Assembly: GCA_963765495.1 (NCBI GenBank)
Contig: CAVXWP010000005.1
Coordinates: 32,001 to 96,000, forward strand
Length of the DNA: 64,000 nucleotides
Direction of reading: 5' to 3'
Origin: Blastocatellia bacterium
GTDB taxonomy: Bacteria; Acidobacteriota; Blastocatellia; UBA7656
Of this stretch, positions 39,801 to 47,328 are shown piece after piece. Numbering within the stretch: the stretch's first letter is position 1; every line of letters begins with the position of its first letter. The translations under genes were made by a program, and so were the position numbers. The notes under the pieces are model-generated. The model was not told the origin of the DNA. It worked only from the letters and a program-made list of their open reading frames with translations, and did no database searches.

Positions 39801-41140
39801 AGTTATTACCCTCAGCCCTGAATGTAGGTCCGGCTGATGCTTCAAATCGAATAACTCAATTCGGCTCGGCCAGCTTTGGTTACGATGCTCAGGGGCAGAC
39901 CGTCTCGAAGACAGATACACAGGGCACAACCGCCTACGAGTGGGATGCCCGTGGAAGAATGAAGCGGGCGACCCTTCCCGACGGGCAAAGCGTAAATTAC
40001 GGGTACGACGCGCTGGGGCGGCTTGTAAGCAGAACCGCCGGAGGAGTGACCACCAGTTTCCTTTATGATCGCCTCGATGTTGTGCAAGACAGGGGCAGTG
40101 ATGGGAGTCAGGTAGACTACCTGAACGGCCCCGGGATTGATGATAAGCTGCGTCAATCGAATTCGGGACAGGGACCGCTTTACTTTCTTCAGGATCATCT
40201 GGGCAGCACTACGGCATTGACCGATGCAAATGGGAATGTCATTGAACGCATTCAATATGACCCATTCGGGAACAGCAACGGCAGCGCACTGAGCAGGTAT
40301 GGTTTCACAGGCAGGGAGCGGGATGCTGACACCGGATTGATGTATCACCGGGCGCGATGGTACGACCCGCAAAATGGAAGATTCCAAACACAGGACCCGA
40401 TAGGATTTGCCGGTGGATTAAACTTGTATGCGTATGTATTAAATAATCCTTTGAGCTTCTACGATCCTACCGGTCTTTCACTCTTAACGTTCTTTGAAGG
40501 TTTTGCCAGAGGGCTGGTTGTCAGTGGTCTCAGTAGTTTTACCATTGCCTTTGTGCTTGCTGGTCTGGGTCTATCTGGCGGGATACCTGGCGCAATCATA
40601 CTCGGCATCTCTGTAGGGTTAGCTGCGGCATTACTCCTGGCAGCCATTGATAATCTTTTACACGGGAACCTGTGCCCGGATGAGCGTGACAGATTAATAG
40701 GCGAACTGTTGGGGGGACTGATCGGAGGGGCGCTCGGCGGAGCAGCAGGTGGGGCTGCGGGTGGAAGGCTTAACGGGGGAGCAGGACCAGGCTCAGGTCC
40801 CGCTGAAACGGGCGGCCCTCCAGGTAATGGTCCAAATCCCGGAGGCCCAAGAACACTCGAACCGGGTCCTAATGCGGGAGAATCGATTCCTGCACGCGGA
40901 CCTCAAAGAGATTTTACATCTGGCGAACGAGATGCAATAAACCGAATCGGACAGGAGACTGGCTGCCACACTTGCGGCTCTACCAATCCGGGCACTAAGA
41001 GTGGTAACTTTATACCTGACCATCAACCACCGAATGGTCTCAATCCGAATAACGGTCCGCAGGAACTCTACCCGCATTGCTTAAATTGCAGCCGGGTTCA
41101 AGGAGGTGAAGTGAGACAGGCTACGAGAGGGCGTCCATGA
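33854..41140 (+). CDS. RHS/YD-repeat polymorphic toxin with NHL beta-propeller, IPT/TIG and carboxypeptidase-regulatory-like domains; C-terminal HNH-like nuclease
   Basis: NHL repeats (YVADTGNNRIRRI), IPT repeats, LSGRVL..PI.GATV, many YD repeats, RHS core FTGRERD..RWYDP..GRF..DPIG..NPLSFYDPTGL, tail CHTC..DHQPP..HCLNC. Confidence 0.93.
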   Translation: MKISFDIDYIKIARIIARKKTIGSNRALRRKAGLSRFARRPARGADSIIPFRLSLLTMTAMLLLTALICQSFSPLVIAASHEKSGSGRAGSRTRSGAQSAGTITVYGPRQFTRQTGPPTTVTEQFSLPANAAAPFTILVENGAPDGSNRVSSATITLNGATLYSQNDFNHNVASLTRTVTLTASNTLQVRIASSPGSFLKITFTAGVAALESVEPSSAFQGQTLNVTLHGHSTSWVAGQTRASLGGEVSVGGVAPGELGPVTVINATTAEALVTVQPTAALAPRAALVMTDPQAGNPGQTVALADAFKVEAATPPGASEAAVTTIAGIGGVAGFADGPAFQAQFRDLAGIAVGPDDSIYVADAGNNRIRKVRNQPDSSGSPSLIVSTLAGDGAADFADGSGASAHFNNPQGVAVDSGGIVYVADTGNNRIRRINADGSVVTIAGGSTPGFVDGAGAQARFNAPRGVAIDNLGNVYVADTGNSSVRLINAGGVVGTVAGDGTIGSNDSPNARFDGLTGVAVHEMSLYVYLADAGNHRIRRLAPQGTVITIAGAERGFADGSSGEARFADPAGIAIDGAGKIIVADAINSLVRLVDPDLAATNSPSAITTIAGTGERGLTDGAGNLARFFTPRGVAVSLSSAIIVADTANNVLRQILLPPAIRSISPDSGSLLQTVTIDGERFDARSTTANTVRFSRTGGGQSVAQVSSATRTRLTVTVPQDAVSGPVTVETRGGTSNSINFQVITAGPVINDFTPRSGQIGSVVTLTGSGLKAEIGPTTVTFAGSGGARLQALATLVTPAEVQVIVPNAAVTGLIELSNALGSTSTASPFTVEPGDEDYQLTIAPSSATTVQRSTATYVVYVTSSLSTFSQLVSLSATGLPPGVEATFTPDQITAGATSILSVSLANVDLAAGSYSFTIQGSGQINGSELVRSASATLTVLAGGQTTLSGRVLSTEQEPIMGATVSLDGKTVTTDAAGAFLLSGVTAGVDRALMVDGRTASAPARTYPVIIEPATIVAGQANVVPYTFYLPAIDTQYEVEVVPGQTTMVENPRVPGLEMMVPAGANLRNRDGSAVARVSITPIAIDRTPAPLPANVGTNMVFTSQPGGAVSDIAMPVVYPNLTGADPDTRIELYAFNHDTAQWYVYGYGRVSADGRRIEPEIDPATGRQYGLRDFSWHFPNAAPDGNPSDPDCNNQTNNTVDLSTGVKIERTTDIEFSGARGGLSLTRIYTSDLAGLCDFCPFGRGTTHNYAIRLTGTFQSGGAGRVVFPDQRTGRLFSYVGTDSDGALLFSSTATVSQLGDLVRKLSNGTFEYRYANGNLLRFDSNGRLTAMVDRNGNTTSLSYTGSNLTQITDAVGRSITLNYDSSGRIIRATDPLGRIWRYTYEGTPGVAGAPGLTTVTDPLNNVVRYAYVTGGRLASVTDKRGIVTKQLTYDVSGRVIEQRFAAGGFEEYTYGLSGVSVTSVTVTDSLGRSISKRFNASGYVTGLTDSLGQSSRIERDISTNEPMSTTGPCGCAEATRQFDSRGNAVATTDRTGQTTQFEYDPVFNNVSKITDKAGHVTRLAYDTRGNLISLTDALNQTTTLAYDSFGELLGSTDPLGHTTQIEYDAFGNVSAFIDALGNRTVIEHDLIGRPISATDPLGRRASKTYDALDRITSTTNPDGATSLYTFDPTGNLITSADALQNQTRAAYDARNRMVSITDAIGRVGRIEYDTENHITSLISASGRILRYTYNKRGDVITVTDPLGAITRFTYDNRRNLISVVDQRGNTTTYTYDELSRLISIRDPLGQISRVSYDNVDNITESVDRLGRRTDFNYDAVNRLTRAAYTDAVVTYNYDAASRLIRVDDTQSGSIQWGYDNADRLLSETTPTGIVTYAYNDAGQPVSMNVTGRPDVGYGYDVAGRVRSISQGAETFTYTYDALSRLSALERPNGVTTHYSYDGVNRPTRILHENAQSQPVEDYNYTYNADNEIISIDSLTSAQLLPSALNVGPADASNRITQFGSASFGYDAQGQTVSKTDTQGTTAYEWDARGRMKRATLPDGQSVNYGYDALGRLVSRTAGGVTTSFLYDRLDVVQDRGSDGSQVDYLNGPGIDDKLRQSNSGQGPLYFLQDHLGSTTALTDANGNVIERIQYDPFGNSNGSALSRYGFTGRERDADTGLMYHRARWYDPQNGRFQTQDPIGFAGGLNLYAYVLNNPLSFYDPTGLSLLTFFEGFARGLVVSGLSSFTIAFVLAGLGLSGGIPGAIILGISVGLAAALLLAAIDNLLHGNLCPDERDRLIGELLGGLIGGALGGAAGGAAGGRLNGGAGPGSGPAETGGPPGNGPNPGGPRTLEPGPNAGESIPARGPQRDFTSGERDAINRIGQETGCHTCGSTNPGTKSGNFIPDHQPPNGLNPNNGPQELYPHCLNCSRVQGGEVRQATRGRP

Positions 41141-41787
41141 AGCAGCCGGGGGGTGTTGAACTTATTGCCGATGAACTTCGCGTCAAGACCAGTGGGCTTG
41201 CGGCGCGTGACCGCCATGAGTTGAGTGTAAAAGTGACTGATCCTCTCCTGCTTGGCGAAGTCGAAAGCTACTTACATTATGTACTGTCGTATATGACAGA
41301 CCACAACGCAAGGATTCAGCCAGGCGAGACTCTGGCTTATGGCTACTGGCTTACAAAGTTTGAGCTAGGAGACGACCGCTTCTTACATGCCTGGGAATAC
41401 AATGCCGAAGCTACGGACTTCGTCCCGGCCCTGACACTCACACTGACCTATTGGCGCGATCAGCATGAGATTTGCGAAAGATTCGGTGCGCATTTCCTGC
41501 CCCCGCGACCGGACCAACTCGCCGTCATCTCAGAAGGGGTTCTTGAGGGCGATCCGCTTCAGGGCGTGCGATACCCTTCTCCCGACCATATGTCCGGCTG
41601 GTGGTTAACCACAGACCGCTACAACGGCGACATTAAATCATTAAGACGCGAGCATCTTTACCACGTTACAGCGGCCAGGCCCGATCTTGCTCGCTATGTG
41701 GCGCTGCCTTACGGTTTTCGCTTCGATCTGGCACATGAAGAAGATATCTGGTTTGACAAGGATGTGGCCGGCCAGTCTTATAAATGA
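41137..41787 (+). CDS. Probable immunity protein (Imm33-like)
   Basis: ATGA overlap with the toxin stop; PLQGVRYP....SGWWL...ALPYGFRF resembles Imm33/DUF2185. Confidence 0.75.
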   Translation: MKQPGGVELIADELRVKTSGLAARDRHELSVKVTDPLLLGEVESYLHYVLSYMTDHNARIQPGETLAYGYWLTKFELGDDRFLHAWEYNAEATDFVPALTLTLTYWRDQHEICERFGAHFLPPRPDQLAVISEGVLEGDPLQGVRYPSPDHMSGWWLTTDRYNGDIKSLRREHLYHVTAARPDLARYVALPYGFRFDLAHEEDIWFDKDVAGQSYK

Positions 41788-42199
41788 GAACTGTCACGGC
41801 AAAAGATGCAGGCAGGGTTTTAGCTTTAAGTCGAATCAACCACCAATATTGCATAGTCCGATTCAAGCCCATAAATGAGTCTGGTGAAAACAGAGGGTCA
41901 GCCATGAACAAGTAGTTTTGAGACAGCTTCCTGGCTTGCGTCAAATTTCATTTCGACCCGGCACACGATTGAATACGTTTCAAAGTGACAGTCCCGGCCC
42001 ACTCTCAGCAAAAGCAGGCAAACAACCTCTGACAGGCTTTGTAAAACACAGGGAAGTAAATTATCCTTTTATATTCGGAAAGTTTATGCTGTCCGGTCAA
42101 TATATGGTTGATGATACTACCAAATCTACACTATAGTGTGGCAGATTTTTTCTAATATTCTATTTGTAGTGGTTGGCCCCGGTCGCCACGAGGTTTTGG

Positions 42200-45100
42200 A
42201 TGTTTAGACTCGAAAAACTTGAAATCAGCGGCTTCAAATCTTTTGCCGACCGCACGCACCTGAGCTTTGGCGAAGGCATCACGGCTGTTGTCGGGCCAAA
42301 CGGCTGCGGCAAGAGCAATCTGTCGGAAGGCATCTCGTGGGTGCTTGGCGAGCAATCGGCCAAAAACCTGCGCGGCGGCAAGATGGAAGATGTCATCTTC
42401 AACGGCACGCGCGACCGCAAACCCTCCGGTATGGCCGAGGTGGTTTTGACGCTTGTGGCCATCGAAGACATCGCGGCGCGCGAGACCGACGATCTGGAAA
42501 AGGATGAAGAGAGCGAATATGAAAACGCCGTAGAAAGCGCAGAAAAAGCCGCCGAAGCCGCTCGCTCGCTCGTTCAGGAAATCAGCGAAGCCGAAGCATC
42601 AACAAGCACGCCCGACTCAACAAGCGCGCCCGATCAGTCAGACAACTCTGCTCAAACAGATCCGGCGGCGCAGCCGGAAGAGCGCGCGGCATCCGTCATC
42701 ACCGGTCAAAGTCAATCCGCGCTGCTCAAGACCGAGCAGATTGAACAATCAACCCCGGATGAAACTCAGGCGAATGTTCAATCAGAGGCGAAGCCGTCTG
42801 AGCGCAAGCGCGCGCCCAGACGCCGCAAGCGATTGCAGATAGTGATCTCGGCCGGAGAGCGCATAACCGTGGGCCGGAGGCTCTATCGCACGGGCGACAG
42901 CGAATACCTGATGAACGGCAAGCCCTGTCTGTTGCGCGACATTCAGGATCTGTTTGCGGGCACGGGTCTCGGCGGCGCGCACTATGCCATAATCGAGCAG
43001 GGGCGCATTGGCCAGATACTTTCATCCAAGCCGCTTGATCGTCGCGCGCTGATCGAAGAGGCCGCCGGAATCACCAAATTCAAATCCAGAAAACGGACAG
43101 CGGAACTGAAACTGGATTCGGCCAAGCACAACCTGACAAGGCTTAACGACATAATCAGCGAGGTCGAGCGCCAGGTAAACAGCCTCAAGCGCCAGGCTCA
43201 AAAGGCTCGCCGTTATCGAAGACTGCGCGAAGAGATGCGCTCGCTTCTGAAGATAGTATTTACGGCCGATTGCTATCGGCTCAATGACGCAATCGAGCGG
43301 GTGATAAATGAGCTTGCCGCTGCCGAAGGAAAACAAAAAGAGATAGACGCGCATCTGTCAGAGCAGGAGGCGCTTTATCGAGCGGCATCAATCGAAGCGC
43401 GCGAAGCCGAAGACGGGCTTTCCGGCTTGCGCGAGCAACAGGCTGCGATTGAGCTTGAGGTCGATCGAGCGCGAAACCGCCAGGCCTTCGAAGAGCAACA
43501 GAGCAATGAACTGACCGCTCGCATCGAAGAACTCGAACGCGATCAGCAGACGCTCGACTCTCGCCTCACCCTGCTCGACCAGGAATCGGAACGGCGAGCA
43601 ACCGACCTGGCATCGCTTGAAAAAGAGCTGGCCGGCGAGCAGGCGGATTTGCTCAAGCACGAAAGCGAGTATCAGGACGAGACTACCAGCCTGCGCCGGG
43701 CCGAAAGCGAAATCGAACAACTGCGCCAGCGCATGCTCACCGAGATAGGTATAACCGAGCGACTGCGCAATCTGAGCACCAACCTCGAAGACGCGCTGCG
43801 CCGGTTGGACCTCAGACAGACGAATCTGCGGGCGGAACTTGAGCGGGCCAATGCCCGGCTGAGCGAGGCTTCGAGCGAATACTCGCGGGTTGGCGGCGAG
43901 GTCGAAGGCAATCGCGCTCGCGTGGCCGATCTGACCCGGCGTATAGCCGAGCGGGAGGCGGCGCTCGGCGCGCTCAGGGAACAGGTCGCCCGCCTCCGCG
44001 CCGATCTGGAAGCGATTCATACCGAACGCGCGGCGAGCGAACACCGGCTTGCCTCGCTTGAAGACCTCGACGCTCATCACGCCTATTATTCGGATACCGT
44101 TAAGCACGTACTGTCACCCGAACACGCCGCGCGCATAAACGCGATTGGGACCCTCGCGGATTTCGTCGAAGTCGAACCTCAGTATGAACGTCTGGTCGAA
44201 AGCCTGTTTGGTCGTGAGCTTCAAAGCGTACTGGTTCCCACTATTGATGATGCGCTCACGGGGTTGGACTTCATCAAGTCCGAAGAACTGGGTCGGGGCG
44301 CGTTCCTGGTCGTAGGTCTGCACGGCGGCGAAGACGAGGAAGGAGACGAGGGGACGAGGGGACGAGGGGACGCGGAAGGGAGCGACACAGAGACTCGGAG
44401 ACACGAAGATGCGGAGAGGTGGAAGCCTGAGGCCAGGGATTTCCTGGATATTCAATCCGACGCAAACGATGTGGAGGCGTCCTCTTTCGGTTATATTGCT
44501 GGTAAAGATTCGGACCAATCTTTCTCCGCGTCCCCACAGCCCGCCTCACGCTTCGAGCTTGAGGTGTTGCGCGCAAGCGATCTTCTGGGGTTGAGAGCGG
44601 AGATCAGGGCAGTGGTCGAGCGCGCTTTTCCTGAAAAGTGCAACGCTGCCGTTGTGCCGGATATAGAAGCGGCTCTCCAGCTTTCAATCGAAAATCCTTC
44701 GCTTGTCTACATCACTTATGACGGCGAGCAGGTGGTCAACGGCAGATTGATCGTGAGCGGCGCGCAGGCCGGTCGCAAAGGGACTTCGTTGCTCGGTCTC
44801 AAACGCGAGATCAAACAACTGCGAGTGCAGATCGAAACCTTCAGCGGGGAAGAGCAAAAAGCGACCGACGATCTGACCGCCGCTCAACAGGAGCTTCAAG
44901 AGATCGAAAGCGAAGCCGGATCGCTCGATCAGGAACTTCGTCGGCAAGAGAAAGCCGTAGCCGCGCAGGATTCTCAGTTTGAGGGGCTTGCGCGCGACCT
45001 TGAACGCGCAAGCCAGCACGTGCGCGTGGTCGAGGCCGAACTCGGGCAGGCGGGCGAAGAGCGTACGGAGCTTGAATCGCGGATAGAACAGCTGGCCGCA

Positions 45101-46471
45101 GAGCTTGCCGCCGCCGAAAACTCTCAAGCCGAGGTTCAGCAATCGCTCACCACAGCGCAGACAGAGTTTGTAGAGATGCGCGCTCACGCGGAGCAATTCG
45201 CCGAGCAGCTATCGGTCGCGCGCTCTTCGGTGGCTGCGCGGGCGGAGAGGTTGTATGCGGCTCGCGCCGAGAAGCGCCGTATCGAAAACGAAGCCGAAGA
45301 GTTGCGAACTCGAATAAACCGCAACCGGCTTGAGCTTTACGAGAGCCACAATCGCATCGAGCAACTCGCAGCCTCGCAAAAGGAGGTCGGTAGCGCAGCC
45401 GAACGATTCGACGCGAGGCGAACTACGCTCACAGAAGAGATCCATATCGCCGCCGAGGCTCTGAAATCGGCGCGCACGCAAATAGATGAACTTGAATCGG
45501 CGTTAAGCGAACTGAGGCAGGCCGCCTCTGCCGCGCACGACCGTCGGGGCCAGATCGAGGTCGAACGAGCGCGGATCGAATCCGAGGCCGAACATCTGGC
45601 ACGAACCTGTCTGTCCGAGCTTGGCATGTCGCTCGAAGACGTTGTGACCAGCGTCGAACTCGGCCGACAGGGGGCAGCGGACGGCGGCCGATGGCCGGAA
45701 GACGCTGATCTTCAAGATGTCGGCGAAAGCCAGATGCCTGAGAGCGATCAGGAGATTAAGCAAATCGCAAAACCTGATAGCAAAGAACCGACCCCCGACC
45801 CCCGACCCCCGACCACTGCCTTTGATGCGGAGGACGCAAGGGCGAGACTCGAAGAGTTGCGCGTAAAGCTCGAAGACATGGGAGCGGTGAATATGATGGC
45901 GCTCGAAGAGCTTGAGGAATCGGAAGAGCGATTCCGGTTCTTATCCGAACAACGGCGCGACATCCTCGACTCGATCAAGATGACCGAGGAAGCGTTATCT
46001 GAGATCAAGCGCAGATCGCGCGAGCGGTTCCGCCACGCGTTCTCTCATATAAATCAGAATTTTCAACAGATGTTTGTTGAGCTTTTCGGAGGCGGTCGGG
46101 GAGAGATGATCCTCATTGATGAGGATGACGTGCTGGAGTCGGGCATCGATCTGATCGCGCAGCCGCCGGGCAAGCGGCTCCAGAATGTGCTGCTATTGAG
46201 CGGCGGCGAAAAGGCCATGGCGGCAATCGCTCTGGTGCTGGCCATATTCCAGTACCGCCCCTCGCCTTTCTGCATACTCGATGAAGTTGACGCGCCGCTT
46301 GACGAGATGAACGTAGGCCGCTTTTCGGATAAAGTCATACAGATGAGCAGCGATACTCAATTTCTGGTCATCACACACAACAAGCGCACTATGGAAGCGG
46401 CCCGCGCGCTTTACGGTGTCACAATGGAAGAACCCGGCGTATCCAAACTGGTCTCGGTCAAGTTCGAATAG
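42200..46471 (+). CDS. smc: Chromosome segregation protein SMC (with three insertions)
   Basis: GFKSF, GPNGCGKSN, IIEQG, hinge, LLSGGEK, ILDEVDAPLD, ITHN; start ATG 42200. Confidence 0.97.
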   Translation: MFRLEKLEISGFKSFADRTHLSFGEGITAVVGPNGCGKSNLSEGISWVLGEQSAKNLRGGKMEDVIFNGTRDRKPSGMAEVVLTLVAIEDIAARETDDLEKDEESEYENAVESAEKAAEAARSLVQEISEAEASTSTPDSTSAPDQSDNSAQTDPAAQPEERAASVITGQSQSALLKTEQIEQSTPDETQANVQSEAKPSERKRAPRRRKRLQIVISAGERITVGRRLYRTGDSEYLMNGKPCLLRDIQDLFAGTGLGGAHYAIIEQGRIGQILSSKPLDRRALIEEAAGITKFKSRKRTAELKLDSAKHNLTRLNDIISEVERQVNSLKRQAQKARRYRRLREEMRSLLKIVFTADCYRLNDAIERVINELAAAEGKQKEIDAHLSEQEALYRAASIEAREAEDGLSGLREQQAAIELEVDRARNRQAFEEQQSNELTARIEELERDQQTLDSRLTLLDQESERRATDLASLEKELAGEQADLLKHESEYQDETTSLRRAESEIEQLRQRMLTEIGITERLRNLSTNLEDALRRLDLRQTNLRAELERANARLSEASSEYSRVGGEVEGNRARVADLTRRIAEREAALGALREQVARLRADLEAIHTERAASEHRLASLEDLDAHHAYYSDTVKHVLSPEHAARINAIGTLADFVEVEPQYERLVESLFGRELQSVLVPTIDDALTGLDFIKSEELGRGAFLVVGLHGGEDEEGDEGTRGRGDAEGSDTETRRHEDAERWKPEARDFLDIQSDANDVEASSFGYIAGKDSDQSFSASPQPASRFELEVLRASDLLGLRAEIRAVVERAFPEKCNAAVVPDIEAALQLSIENPSLVYITYDGEQVVNGRLIVSGAQAGRKGTSLLGLKREIKQLRVQIETFSGEEQKATDDLTAAQQELQEIESEAGSLDQELRRQEKAVAAQDSQFEGLARDLERASQHVRVVEAELGQAGEERTELESRIEQLAAELAAAENSQAEVQQSLTTAQTEFVEMRAHAEQFAEQLSVARSSVAARAERLYAARAEKRRIENEAEELRTRINRNRLELYESHNRIEQLAASQKEVGSAAERFDARRTTLTEEIHIAAEALKSARTQIDELESALSELRQAASAAHDRRGQIEVERARIESEAEHLARTCLSELGMSLEDVVTSVELGRQGAADGGRWPEDADLQDVGESQMPESDQEIKQIAKPDSKEPTPDPRPPTTAFDAEDARARLEELRVKLEDMGAVNMMALEELEESEERFRFLSEQRRDILDSIKMTEEALSEIKRRSRERFRHAFSHINQNFQQMFVELFGGGRGEMILIDEDDVLESGIDLIAQPPGKRLQNVLLLSGGEKAMAAIALVLAIFQYRPSPFCILDEVDAPLDEMNVGRFSDKVIQMSSDTQFLVITHNKRTMEAARALYGVTMEEPGVSKLVSVKFE
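44342..44547. repeat. In-frame octamer repeat element (GGGGACGA/GGAGACAC) in the SMC hinge, with short complementary arm
   Basis: About 8 period-8 units at 44342-44420; ttctccgcgtcccc complement at ~44522-44535. Confidence 0.75.
45671..45822. repeat. In-frame heptamer element (CCGACCC x3-4 with degenerate left arm) in the SMC C-terminal coiled coil
   Basis: ccgaccc ccgaccc ccgaccc ccgacca at 45788-45815; encodes PTPDPRPPT. Confidence 0.75.
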
Positions 46472-46480
46472 GAGGTTTCG

Positions 46481-47218
46481 GTGGTTGTAACAAGGGCAAA
46501 CGGAAAAGGCAAAGATGTAATAAGGATGGCAATTTTTATCTCTTTCTGCCTTTTATCATTTCATTTTTTCCGCCCGAATGCCCGGGCGCAGGACGGCGCA
46601 GGCAATACGCCGCCTGCCGCGATGAGTTTTGGCTACCGCTTTGAAAACCCGAAATTTTACATCCCTCTGATCGAGCTCGATATAGCGGCTGACGGTCAGG
46701 GTGAAGTCAGATTCAAGCGGGGCGAATCCGACGAAATGCTGGACCGCAAGCTCAAGGTTTTACCCGATACGCTCGCGCGCATCCGCCAGTTGATGGCCAC
46801 CACCGAGTTTCTGACCTCCGACGAAGATTATCAGTTCAAGAAAGATTTCTCTCACATGGGATGGATGACCATAACTGCACGCGCGGGGAGCCGCGAGCGT
46901 TCGGCGAGGTTCAATTACACTTCAAATCCCGCCATGGCCGAGTTGAGCGAGATATTTCGCGGCATAGCGACTCAAGAGATTCACCTGTTCGATCTTGATC
47001 TGGCCCAACAGTTTCAGCCGCTCGATGTGCCGCGACAACTCGACTCGCTCGAGAGCGATTTGCGGTTGTCGCGAGTGACCGAGCCTGAGCAACTGCTGCC
47101 CGCGTTGCGCGACATAACCGACAATTACGGGGTGCCATTGATGGCTCGCAATCAGGCGGGTCGCCTGGTAGAGGCCATCGAAAAGAAGAAGTATAAATCG
47201 CCGATCAAATCGAAGTGA
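46481..47218 (+). CDS. Secreted hypothetical protein
   Basis: GGAGG RBS after the smc stop, signal peptide ending NARA, coding-like composition. Confidence 0.75.
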   Translation: MVVTRANGKGKDVIRMAIFISFCLLSFHFFRPNARAQDGAGNTPPAAMSFGYRFENPKFYIPLIELDIAADGQGEVRFKRGESDEMLDRKLKVLPDTLARIRQLMATTEFLTSDEDYQFKKDFSHMGWMTITARAGSRERSARFNYTSNPAMAELSEIFRGIATQEIHLFDLDLAQQFQPLDVPRQLDSLESDLRLSRVTEPEQLLPALRDITDNYGVPLMARNQAGRLVEAIEKKKYKSPIKSK

Positions 47219-47321
47219 TGCGTAATGAGTGAAGCGTGATGCGTGATGCGTGATTGTCAGACTGATGGTTTTCACGGGTCAGCCTCAAATCACGCATCAC
47301 GCTTCATGCTTCACTCATCAT
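47215..47321. repeat. Heptamer inverted-repeat element (GTGATGC/GCATCAC)
   Basis: 6 units at 47215-47255 and 5 complementary units at 47288-47321; the first unit contains the upstream TGA stop. Confidence 0.92.
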
Positions 47322-47328
47322 CTCTGCT

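Noticed and set aside
25000-42170. Integrative element or prophage explanation for the accessory block
   Set aside because: No integrase, transposase, tRNA or flanking direct repeat was seen.
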